From positions 1-18,437 of the forward strand of contig CAVSHT010000001.1 of the NCBI GenBank assembly GCA_963727895.1: DNA of 18,437 nucleotides, in the 5' to 3' direction. A program made the position numbers and the translations under genes. A model generated the notes under the pieces. It was not told the origin of the DNA, did not search any database, and worked only from the letters and a program-made list of their open reading frames with translations. Positions within the stretch are counted from its first letter, which is position 1. The number at the start of each line of letters is the position of its first letter. This document shows positions 1-8,497 of this stretch, piece by piece. This DNA comes from an uncultured Methanosarcinaceae archaeon (lineage in GTDB: Archaea; Halobacteriota; Methanosarcinia; Methanosarcinales; Methanosarcinaceae).

Positions 1-278
1 AAAACTACTCTGGGAAAAAGTGAAGAAAAAAGAGATTGGAGAAGTGATGACAGATCACTGGAGAGCATATGCAGAGTTTCTTCCAGAAAAGAGTCATACT
101 CAATCAAAAGCAGAAACGTATACTGTTGAAGGATATAACAGCATATTGAGGCATTTTCTAGCAAGATTGAGAAGAAAGACAAAGTGTTATACGAAGAGTA
201 TTGAAATGCTAAAGTACTCGGTTCTTCTATTGATGAAATAAAGAAATAAAGAACTAGATATATTTAAGTAACAATACC
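1..278 (+). mobile_element. IS1-family insertion sequence, right end (partial, runs off window start)
   Basis: Frame open from base 2: KLLWEKVKKKEIGEVMTDHWRAYAEFL...TYTVEGYNSILRHFLARLRRKTKCYTKS, the InsB-like DDE C-terminus (TDxWxAY; ExxNxxLRHxLARLxRKT). Followed by ...TAAGTAACAATACC (ends 278), whose reverse complement starts GGTATTG, like IS1-type termini. Confidence 0.85.
2..271 (+). pseudogene. IS1-family transposase C-terminal part, probable premature stop at 239-241
   Basis: Reads ...KYSVLLLMK*RNKELDIFK*. The second stop (269-271) lies in the terminal repeat region, so TAA 239-241 may be a nonsense change. Confidence 0.6.
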
Positions 279-561
279 TAACATTTTATATATTCTTCTT
301 TCTCTGCATGATACCTAAGATTTCATCAGAAAAAATCGCTTACTCTATATGGAATAAGAATGACGCTAATTAGAAATCATTTGTATTCGGTTAAGGAATC
401 TGTTAACGTTATGATGACTACTGCAATAATCTATGCATCTCGATTTACAGTTATAGGTTTACAGAAATGGCAACAAAGATAACACATTTTTTATAGATCG
501 TATCTTAACCGATGACCAATGAATTAGAAATATCAACAAAATTAGAACAAAATAATAGTAT

Positions 562-647
562 CTAGTATATCGATTTCAAACTATACTCATATGCAAGACA
601 ATAAATTTCCACTAAATAATAAATTTTTTCTGAAATCGATATACTAG
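562..647. repeat. Perfect 17-bp inverted repeat with 52-bp spacer
   Basis: CTAGTATATCGATTTCA (562-578) and its exact reverse complement TGAAATCGATATACTAG (631-647). Confidence 0.9.
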
Positions 648-696
648 TTTTTAATGTACTAGTTTTTATCACTCATATATTGAAATCGGGCTATTC

Positions 697-1035
697 TCAC
701 AAAGTCTTGCATTGATCTACGAACTTTGTTATTTCCTTATCTGCGGTGCCACAGCTAATAAAGAAAGGTTTTTTCGTAATTCTAAGAGTCAGATCGGATT
801 TTCCGTCCCATTCAAAACTTCCAGTAATCCCTTTTCCCGAAAGTTCCCCTTTGTTTCCTGGTGGTACATTGATACCATAGTCTTGAAGCTTTTTCTTCAT
901 GCACTCAAAAGTGTCAGGTGTAACACCAGATACCTTTACGGGATCACAACTATTTCTCCATGTCTGCGCTTGAGCAGATCCAAGAGAAAGCACTAAAAAC
1001 ACCAATACTAGAGAAACTATTAATTTCCTATTCAT
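697..1035 (-). CDS. Small secreted hypothetical protein with four Cys (112 aa)
   Basis: ATG at 1035 preceded by purine-rich AAGGGGGCAAAGG. Sec-type signal peptide MNRKLIVSLVLVFLVLSLGSAQA with AQA cleavage site; four Cys in the mature part. Confidence 0.8.
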   Translation of the reverse strand: MNRKLIVSLVLVFLVLSLGSAQAQTWRNSCDPVKVSGVTPDTFECMKKKLQDYGINVPPGNKGELSGKGITGSFEWDGKSDLTLRITKKPFFISCGTADKEITKFVDQCKTL

Positions 1036-1306
1036 CCTTTGCCCCCTTTTCAAACTTGGCTATATATCCAATTGGATATGCTGTATAATATAAAAAATCA
1101 CATATAAATATATTCTATTCTACTATATTATCTAATTTTGAATGTTTCTTTTTGACATTTTTCCCGTTTGATCAAATTCCAAAATTTTTATAAAAATTGA
1201 GAAGTTCATAGACATACTTGTTTAACACTAAATTTTTGTACACATCAGTATATCAAAGGACATATTTGCATCAGAAACTCACTAATTATTCAATTTGGTG
1301 GATAAA

Positions 1307-2103
1307 ATGGATTACGTACACGGATATTCTAACAGGGAAAATTCTCGACTTTATGATCAGGCAAATACACTCACTGAGTTATTACATCATGATACTATCT
1401 ATCCTCCTGAAAGTAAATTGCTTGAGGTCGGTTGCGGTGTGGGTGCACAGACAATTATACTGAGCAGAAACATTCCTGAGGCTAGCATTACATCAATTGA
1501 TATTTCAGGCGAATCTATTGAAAAAGCAAGACAATTGGCTAAAAAAGAGGCGTTAAAGAATGTTGAGTTTCAGGTGGCAAATATCTTCGATTTACCCTAT
1601 AAAGATGGGGCTTTTGATCATATCTTCATATGTTTTGTACTTGAACACCTTAAAAATCCTCTTGATGCCTTATTGTCGGCTAAAAGAGTACTCAAAAAAA
1701 GAAGCACAATAACTGTCATAGAGGGAGATCATGGTTCAAACTATTTTTACCCCAGGAGTGATGAAGCTATGAAAGCAATAAATTGCCTGATTAATATCCA
1801 GGAACTTTTGGGAGGTAATTCCCTCATAGGTAGAGAAATTTATCCTCTATTGAATCGGGCTGGCTTTAAAAACGTGAGAGTTTCCCCCAGAATCGTATAT
1901 GTTGATTCGAGTAAGCCCAATCTGGTAACAGGATTTACGAAAAATACTTTCATTTCAATGGTCGAAGGTGTCAGAAAGCAAGCACTAGAATTAAAAATGA
2001 TAGATGAAAAAACGTGGAATAAGGGTATTAGCGACCTTTACCGTACGGCCGAGAAAGAAGGCACTTTTTGTTACACTTTTTTAAGGGTACAGCCTTTAAA
2101 TAA
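1307..2103 (+). pseudogene. Class I SAM-dependent methyltransferase; frameshift near the 3' end makes the ORF run on to 2221
   Basis: Motif I LLEVGCGVG, acidic motif II SIDIS, FDHIFICFVLEHL; ATG 1307 after GGTGGA. One extra T in the T6 run (2077-2082) gives ...GTFCYTFFKGTAFK* ending at TAA 2101-2103. Confidence 0.75.
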
Positions 2104-2371
2104 TTTCCTCTATGTTTGTATTTTCCCAGCTTTAGAAAGAACGAAATTTGAATTCCATTCTTTATCAAAAAGTGGTCCTTTTATAGTTCTGCCTGGGAAC
2201 TTCTCATATTTATACTTTTAGGGGATTATTTAAAAGAGACTTTTACCAATAGAATATGTCAATCTTGGTTTTTCGTATAAGCTATTTATACAACTAAATA
2301 AAGGCAGAAAGAAAAATAACGAGATTCAGGAGACATCTTTTTGTTAATTGATGTATTATTCTACAGAGATA

Positions 2372-2384
2372 TTCTTATATAGAA
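2372..2384 (+). promoter_or_regulatory. Candidate TATA box of the thermosome gene
   Basis: TTATATA inside TTCT-TATAT-AGAA, ~105 nt upstream of the start. AGGAGA RBS precedes TTG 2487. Confidence 0.4.
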
Positions 2385-2486
2385 GTGCTTGCATTAAGAA
2401 TAGGATTATACGCACAAAGATAACGTGCTCAAACATACGATTAATAAAATTCATAGAAATTCATATCATTAAAAGGAGATTAAAGC

Positions 2487-4106
2487 TTGGCAGCACAACC
2501 GATCTTTATTTTAAAAGAAGGTAGCAAGAGGACCCGTGGTTCCGATGCTCAGCACAACAATATTATGGCCGCAAAGGCTGTTGCTGAAGCGGTAAGGACA
2601 ACTCTTGGACCTAAAGGTATGGACAAGATGCTTGTAGACTCCATGGGTGATGTTGTTATCACCAACGATGGAGCAACAATCCTAAAAGAAATGGACATCG
2701 AGCACCCAGGTGCAAAGATGATCGTAGAAGTGGCCAAGACTCAGGATGCCGAAGTTGGGGATGGAACCACAACAGCAGCCGTACTTGCAGGGGAGCTACT
2801 AACAACAGCAGAAGACCTGCTGGAAAGCGGAGTTCATCCTACAATAATTGCAAGTGGTTACAGACTTGCAGCAGAGCAGGCTACAAAGATCATTGATACC
2901 ATTACTATCAGTGTATCTCCTGAGGATATCGAAACTCTTGAAAAGATTGCAGCCACAGCCATAACAGGGAAGGGTGCAGAGGCTCAAAAAGAACATCTCT
3001 CCAGTCTTGCAGTTAAGGCCGTTAAGTCAGTTGCTGAAAAAGGCGAAGACGGAAAAATCACTGTAGATATCGAGGATATCAAAGTTGAGAAAAGACCTGG
3101 TGGAAGCATTAAGGATTCCGAAATTGTTGAAGGTGTAATTGTCGATAAAGAGCGTGTCCATCCAGCGATGCCAGAAGTTGTGGAGAACGCAAAAGTTCTG
3201 CTTTTAAGTGTGCCTATAGAACTTAAAAAGACAGAGACCAAAGCCGAAATAAAGATTACAAATCCTGATCAAATGCAGCTCTTCTTAGACCAGGAAGAAG
3301 CAATGCTCAAGGAAATTGTAGACAAGGTAATCAACACAGGTGCAAACGTTGTTTTCTGTCAGAAAGGAATCGATGACCTTGCCCAGTATTACCTGACAAA
3401 AGCAGGAATCTTTGGCATGCGCAGGGTGAAGAAGAGTGATATGGACAAACTTTCCCGTGCAACAGGCGCAAAAATTATCACTAGCCTTGATGAGATTGAC
3501 GAATCTGACCTTGGATATGCTGGGCTTGTAGAGGAAAAAGACGTTACAGGCTCAAGAATGACCTTTGTTACAGGTTGTAAGGACAGCAAAGCTACTTCTA
3601 TTCTTCTGCGCGGTGGAACTGAGCATGTGGTTGAAGGAATTGAAAAAGCACTTGAAGATGCTCTCAGAGTAGTGGGCGTTGCTCTTGAAGACCAGAAAAT
3701 TGTAGTAGGTGGCGGCTCACCTGAAGTTGAACTGTCCCTCAGGCTCAAGGAATATGCAGCAACCCTGAAAGGTAGGGAGCAGCTTGCAGTAACGAAATTC
3801 GCTGAGTCTCTCGAGGTTATTCCTAAAACTCTTGCAGAGAATGCGGGACTTGATCCAATAGACATGCTTGTGGAAATGCGTTCACAGCACGAGAAAGGAA
3901 ACAAACGCGCTGGACTCAACGTATACACTGGCAAGATCGAGGACATGTTCGAAAACAACGTTGTCGAACCGCTCAGAATTAAGACACAGGCAATCAATGC
4001 AGCTACCGAAGCCGCAATCATGATTCTTAGAATCGATGATGTAATTGCTTCATCCAGTGCTAAAGCAGGTCCAGTTCCAGGCGGTATGCCTGAAGATATG
4101 ATGTAA
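2487..4106 (+). CDS. thsA: Thermosome subunit (group II chaperonin)
   Basis: [31 protein letters not shown]-binding motif, [11 protein letters not shown], Gly/Met-rich tail; 539 aa. Exact subunit/paralog identity cannot be fixed from sequence alone. Confidence 0.96.
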   Translation: MAAQPIFILKEGSKRTRGSDAQHNNIMAAKAVAEAVRTTLGPKGMDKMLVDSMGDVVITNDGATILKEMDIEHPGAKMIVEVAKTQDAEVGDGTTTAAVLAGELLTTAEDLLESGVHPTIIASGYRLAAEQATKIIDTITISVSPEDIETLEKIAATAITGKGAEAQKEHLSSLAVKAVKSVAEKGEDGKITVDIEDIKVEKRPGGSIKDSEIVEGVIVDKERVHPAMPEVVENAKVLLLSVPIELKKTETKAEIKITNPDQMQLFLDQEEAMLKEIVDKVINTGANVVFCQKGIDDLAQYYLTKAGIFGMRRVKKSDMDKLSRATGAKIITSLDEIDESDLGYAGLVEEKDVTGSRMTFVTGCKDSKATSILLRGGTEHVVEGIEKALEDALRVVGVALEDQKIVVGGGSPEVELSLRLKEYAATLKGREQLAVTKFAESLEVIPKTLAENAGLDPIDMLVEMRSQHEKGNKRAGLNVYTGKIEDMFENNVVEPLRIKTQAINAATEAAIMILRIDDVIASSSAKAGPVPGGMPEDMM

Positions 4107-4126
4107 AATTCTGAAGTATAAATCCA

Positions 4127-4166
4127 GGATTGCCGGAAATTTCCAGCATTCCCAAATCTTTTTTTT
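4127..4166 (+). terminator. Imperfect hairpin plus T-tract after thermosome gene
   Basis: GGATTGCCGGAAA/TTTCCAGCATTCC imperfect palindrome followed by a T8 run. Confidence 0.55.
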
Positions 4167-4495
4167 AATTTAATAATGTTTATTCGGAAAATTTTCACGA
4201 ATTTTTTAGAATTTGTTTTCAACAATTGGGAACCGATACCAAAATTTTTATTCAAAGTCCCCCTCTAAAACTTTTTTCAGCTATTCTTCTTTCCATATTA
4301 AAAGTCAATTTCTCATCTATGAAACGACGAAGATCTTTCAAAAATAGGAGACTAAGGCTTATAGGGGATCGGAAATTTTTAGACTGCAATTTTAGATTTC
4401 CAAGCTAAGAAAACTAAAAAATTAGAAAAAACATTTTTAATTTTTTTATTAACTCTTACTAAATTGCTAAAACTAAATCTCAGGAATGAAAGCTA

Positions 4496-4885
4496 TTATC
4501 TAGCTTCATAGCAGGAAATTTCCCTTGCCTCTACTCGAACTGGTTTTCCAAGTTCGTTTGAAATAACATTTCTTATCCTTGCCATGCACCTGCATTCAAG
4601 CTGAATACGGGCTGACATAGCTTCTCTTTCTTCAATGTAGAAATCGTTCGAACTTACAATTGAATGAACCGAAATTTGTTTCTTTACAACCTTTGCTATG
4701 AGACCAGAAGTCCCATCCGTTACGTCCTGAAGACTGGTAGATGTCAGGAGAACGCTATCTTCTGCATTGAGCTTGAGCACTCCTACAAAATTTTGTGGGC
4801 TCCGAATCTCAAGAGTCCTTGGATAATGTTTTTTCAGGACCTCGATAAGAGAATCAGCAATTCCTGTTAACGCTATGTACTCCAT
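4496..4885 (-). CDS. DUF473 family protein
   Basis: MEYIALTGI...RTLEIRSPQN signature of this archaeal family; ATG 4885 lies 4 nt after the PAC2 gene stop with GGGTGA RBS. Confidence 0.75.
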   Translation of the reverse strand: MEYIALTGIADSLIEVLKKHYPRTLEIRSPQNFVGVLKLNAEDSVLLTSTSLQDVTDGTSGLIAKVVKKQISVHSIVSSNDFYIEEREAMSARIQLECRCMARIRNVISNELGKPVRVEAREISCYEAR

Positions 4886-4889
4886 AGGA

Positions 4890-5636
4890 TCACCCATACA
4901 TTGGGAACTCCTTCTTTACTTCTCCTTTCTGTTCCGTAGTCTGAACATCTTCGGCAAGCCTCTGGAGTTCGGTTTCTATGCGTTCTGCCTGTTCTATAAG
5001 CCTATCTGTACTTATCGAAAGTCCATATAGCTCGTTTAAAACATCAATAACAGCAGAAGCAGCTCTTGGGTCTGGATTCTGGGTTTTGGTAGCACCAAGC
5101 AGACTAAATGCAGGAACTCCACGCAGAAGACATTCAGCCATTACGCTGCCAGAAATTCCGGAGATAGTTCCCATCTGGAAAACCTCAACTTTTTCCTTGA
5201 TTTTATCAAGCATCTCTGGTGTTGTGGCTGCTCCAAAGACTTTATGTCCTCCGTCCATTATGGCAATTCCTGCAATGGAAGCAATTTCTCTTACGTTGAT
5301 AGACTCAGCCCAGTCCACCAGAGCACTACTAACATCGTAAGAGACAGTGTGACTGATTGGAATATCCGAGATTACAACAATCAAGTTATGTTCCGCACTC
5401 TCATAGATCCTAACAGGCATATTTATAAGCCCTTCATACAGCACTGCAATTGAAGGGAAATACCTGGAATCAATAGAGCCAATGTATTCCATTTTTAATT
5501 CTTCTATCATATGCTGGCTTGCAATATTCCCCACAAGCCCAATGCCAGGAAAACCTTCAATCAAAATGGGATTTTTTGACTGTACAGGTTTAGTAATTAT
5601 CTTCACATCATTATTTTCATAGTCTGCATTTGACAA
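4890..5636 (-). CDS. Proteasome assembly chaperone, PAC2 family (PbaA/PbaB-like)
   Basis: LIEGFPGIGLVGNIA, GTISGISG, PDPRAA motifs; C-terminal MYG fits the HbYX motif; TTG start after GAGGTGG. Confidence 0.9.
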   Translation of the reverse strand: MSNADYENNDVKIITKPVQSKNPILIEGFPGIGLVGNIASQHMIEELKMEYIGSIDSRYFPSIAVLYEGLINMPVRIYESAEHNLIVVISDIPISHTVSYDVSSALVDWAESINVREIASIAGIAIMDGGHKVFGAATTPEMLDKIKEKVEVFQMGTISGISGSVMAECLLRGVPAFSLLGATKTQNPDPRAASAVIDVLNELYGLSISTDRLIEQAERIETELQRLAEDVQTTEQKGEVKKEFPMYG

Positions 5637-6034
5637 ATAACCACCTCAGAGAAATACAACCCCTAGGACTATATCTTACCTAATCCTAGATAAACAAATT
5701 TCTCAGCAACCCGGGCCCTACATTGTTTTCGTATGTGTATTAACAAAAAAATATACACTGGACTCAAGTTTCCGACCACTATAACCCTCTTTTTGATAAA
5801 AAAAGAATCTTTTTAATATATATCTTTTCTCATGACTGGAATAAATAATTCAGATGATAATATTATGCAGATTTAGATTTAAATTTAGCTTTTATTCTTA
5901 TTGAAAGCCTATAACAGAAACCTGATATATAAATTATTATAAAATCTGGAAAACCAGATAGAAACTTATAATAAAAAAGGGAAACCGTAACAGAGTTTAT
6001 AGAAAGTAAATCCCAATACAGGAGGACAACATTT

Positions 6035-6622
6035 ATGGGAAAATCTATTCTTTATTTTGACAAAGTAGGGGAAACAAACACTAATGCTGTTATTGAAGCA
6101 GCAGCAAAAAGAGCAGCGGAACTTCAGATCGCCCATATTGTGGTTGCAAGTACCAGCGGAAAAACTGCACTAAAAATGGCAGAAGCAGTAAAAGATACCG
6201 GTATAAAGGTTATTGGAATAAGCCACCAGTACGGGCAGGATAAGAAAGGCGAATGGGAAGTGGAAGAGGAATACAAAAAGGAGCTCGAAGAGCTTGGGGC
6301 GGTAATAACCACTCAATCTCATATATTCTCAGGAGTCGAACGTTCAATCACAAAGAAATTTGGAGGATATTCCAGACTGGAAGTAATTTCTGATACTCTC
6401 AGATCTTTATTTGGAAAAGGATTTAAGGTAGCTATTGAAGTTGCAATTATGGCAGCCGATTCAGGTCATATACCTGTTTCTGATAATACGGAAATTATAG
6501 CCATAGGTGGCACAAGACATGGTGCAGATGTAGCTCTTGTGCTCAGACCAGCCCACAGCGGAGATTTCTTTTCTTTGCAAGTTCGGGAAATTATTGCCAT
6601 GCCACGGGCTAAAGAAGATTAA
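6035..6622 (+). CDS. Standalone pyruvate kinase C-terminal (alpha/beta) domain protein, MTH1675/COG1751-like
   Basis: YFDKVGETNT, HIVVASTSGKTA, SHIFSGVERS, GFKVAIEVAIMAADSG, IAIGGTRHGADVA motifs; AGGAGG RBS. Confidence 0.85.
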   Translation: MGKSILYFDKVGETNTNAVIEAAAKRAAELQIAHIVVASTSGKTALKMAEAVKDTGIKVIGISHQYGQDKKGEWEVEEEYKKELEELGAVITTQSHIFSGVERSITKKFGGYSRLEVISDTLRSLFGKGFKVAIEVAIMAADSGHIPVSDNTEIIAIGGTRHGADVALVLRPAHSGDFFSLQVREIIAMPRAKED

Positions 6623-6690
6623 GGCAACGTAAACCCATAACAAAATAAATTCCCTTGATACAGGTATTTAACTTTCATTTGCAATTAATG

Positions 6691-6730
6691 GGGAAGCTCA
6701 GGTGATTTACTTGAATTACCTTTGCTTCTC
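6691..6730 (+). terminator. Strong hairpin between the PK_C gene and tgtA
   Basis: GGGAAGC..AGGTGATTT-ACTT-GAATTACCT..GCTTCTC; the G-U pairs form on the + strand. Confidence 0.5.
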
Positions 6731-6739
6731 GCTATTTCC

Positions 6740-6754
6740 CAAAGATAAATATAT
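6740..6754 (+). promoter_or_regulatory. Candidate BRE/TATA of tgtA (short-leader or leaderless)
   Basis: CAAAG-ATAAATATA ending ~25 nt before ATG 6779; no SD-like sequence in between. Confidence 0.5.
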
Positions 6755-6778
6755 CTGAGAGACATCTATACCGCCGGC

Positions 6779-8248
6779 ATGTCAGCAATATTCGAAATTC
6801 TCGATAAGGATGCAGGCGGCAGGATCGGACGTCTCAGGACTCCGCATGGGACTGTTGAGACCCCCACCGTTATGCCTGTAATTAATCCAAATATTCAGCT
6901 TATCCCTCCGAGAGAAATGCGAAATTTCGGGGCAGATATTCTGATTACCAATTCCTATATTATTTATCGCAAGGAAGAGTTGAAAAATGTCGCCCTGGAA
7001 AAAGGGTTGCATGGGCTTCTTGGTTTTGACGGACCCATCATGACAGATTCAGGTTCTTTCCAGCTTTCTGTGTATGGGTCTGTGGAAGTTACGAATGAGG
7101 AAATTCTCGGGTTCCAGCAAAAGATAGGAAGTGACATTATTGTCCCGCTGGATATTCCTACGCCCCCCGATGTTCACTACAGAAGGGCTGAAGAAGAACT
7201 TGCGGTCACAGCTGAACGTCTAGAAGCTGCCCGTAAGTTTATCCAAGGAGAGCAACTTCTTGCAGGGCCTGTTCAGGGCTCGACTTATCCTGAACTGAGG
7301 GAAAAAGCTGCTTCTCATCTAAAAGATCTTAATTTTGAGGTTTATCCCCTTGGAGCAGTTGTCCCTCTCATGGAAACCTATCGCTACGCAGAACTTGTTG
7401 ACGTGATTGCAGCAGCCAAAAAAGGGCTTTCTCCATCTTCTCCAGTTCATCTTTTTGGAGCTGGGCACCCGATGATGTTTGCTCTTGCAGTAGCTCTGGG
7501 CTGTGACCTTTTTGATTCGGCAGCTTATGCTCTTTATGCCAAGGACGGGCGCTATATTGCTGTAAACGGGACTTATCATGTTGAAAAACTAAATTATCTA
7601 CCCTGCTCCTGTCCGATCTGTTCAAAGTACACAGCAGAAAAATTGAAAAAGGCCGCTAATAGGGACGAACTTCTTGGAAGGCACAATCTATATGCGACTT
7701 TTGCTGAGATTCGGCTTATCAAGCAATGTATAAAAGATGGTAAATTACTTGAGCTTGTGGAACAGCGTTGCCGTGCTCACCCAAAACTTCTTGATGGGTT
7801 GAAAAAACTTTATACTCATTCTCCCTGGCTTGAGACGCTTGATCCGGCTACAAAAGGTACTTATTTTTACTGTGGACCAGAATCTTCTTCCCGTCCAGAA
7901 GTCTTGCGTTTTGAAAAACGGCTGGATAGATTTAGCCTTCAAGGCTCGGTGATCATTCGTACAGGCCCGGTAAAAGGAGAAAAAGATTACGATCAGATTC
8001 TCATTTTCAAGGCGCCTTTTGGAGCATTTCCTGCTGAAATGGAAGAAGTGTATCCTTTCAATGCGGAAGTCCCGAAATTTCCGGATTACGAATCACTCAA
8101 TACAGCCCTTTCAAATACTCTTAAACTTATGGATCTTAATCCGGAAGCTGAATATACTTTTGTTTGTGAAAAGGAATTCAGTCATCCTCTAATTGAAGAA
8201 ATCGGAAAAAGAGCAAAATTGGTATACAGAGAAAACTGGAATAAATAA
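6779..8248 (+). CDS. tgtA: tRNA-guanine(15) transglycosylase (archaeosine TGT), short form without PUA domain
   Basis: GRIGRLRTPHGTVETPTVMPV, catalytic MTDSGSFQ, PVHLFGAGHP, GCDLFDSAAY, Zn site CSCPIC...HNL; 489 aa. Confidence 0.95.
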   Translation: MSAIFEILDKDAGGRIGRLRTPHGTVETPTVMPVINPNIQLIPPREMRNFGADILITNSYIIYRKEELKNVALEKGLHGLLGFDGPIMTDSGSFQLSVYGSVEVTNEEILGFQQKIGSDIIVPLDIPTPPDVHYRRAEEELAVTAERLEAARKFIQGEQLLAGPVQGSTYPELREKAASHLKDLNFEVYPLGAVVPLMETYRYAELVDVIAAAKKGLSPSSPVHLFGAGHPMMFALAVALGCDLFDSAAYALYAKDGRYIAVNGTYHVEKLNYLPCSCPICSKYTAEKLKKAANRDELLGRHNLYATFAEIRLIKQCIKDGKLLELVEQRCRAHPKLLDGLKKLYTHSPWLETLDPATKGTYFYCGPESSSRPEVLRFEKRLDRFSLQGSVIIRTGPVKGEKDYDQILIFKAPFGAFPAEMEEVYPFNAEVPKFPDYESLNTALSNTLKLMDLNPEAEYTFVCEKEFSHPLIEEIGKRAKLVYRENWNK

Positions 8249-8254
8249 TAATTT

Positions 8255-8286
8255 TGAGGAGCTTATTCACAGCTTCTCATTTATTA
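8255..8286 (+). terminator. Hairpin terminator after tgtA
   Basis: TGAGGAGCT-TATTCAC-AGCTTCTCA followed by TTTATT. Confidence 0.55.
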
Positions 8287-8424
8287 TAAGTTCTTCATAT
8301 CTTAAATAATCAAAACTTACACAATCAGAACTTGCCTCAAAAAATATAAAAAGAAAACTTTTTTGAAGTGCAAACCTTTAAAGTTACCTGCAAAGAACCC
8401 TCTAAATAGGGAAAGAGCTTAAGT

Positions 8425-8438
8425 GGAAAGTTTATACA
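8425..8438 (+). promoter_or_regulatory. BRE/TATA of the UbiA-reductase-radical SAM operon
   Basis: GGAAAG-TTTATACA, ~60 nt upstream of the start. Confidence 0.55.
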
Positions 8439-8497
8439 AAGACTTTCAAGTTCATACAGAAATTTTCGTACAAACTAGAAAAGTATAGGTGAAACTA

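Noticed and set aside
311..482. Short open frame after the IS end (...SVKESVNVMMTTAIIYASRFTVIGLQKWQQR*)
   Set aside because: Under 60 codons with no recognisable homology; could be a gene remnant but cannot be supported.
712..1463. ORFs 712-996 (+) and 1218-1463 (+)
   Set aside because: Overlap the better-supported secreted protein and methyltransferase genes.
3389..4255. 288-aa - strand ORF (also 2549-2737, 2799-2996, 2984-3241)
   Set aside because: Antisense shadows of the conserved thermosome gene; Ser/Thr/Ile-rich with no motifs.
4226..4408. 60-aa ORF between thermosome and DUF473
   Set aside because: AT-rich convergent terminator region, TTG start without RBS, no coding signature.
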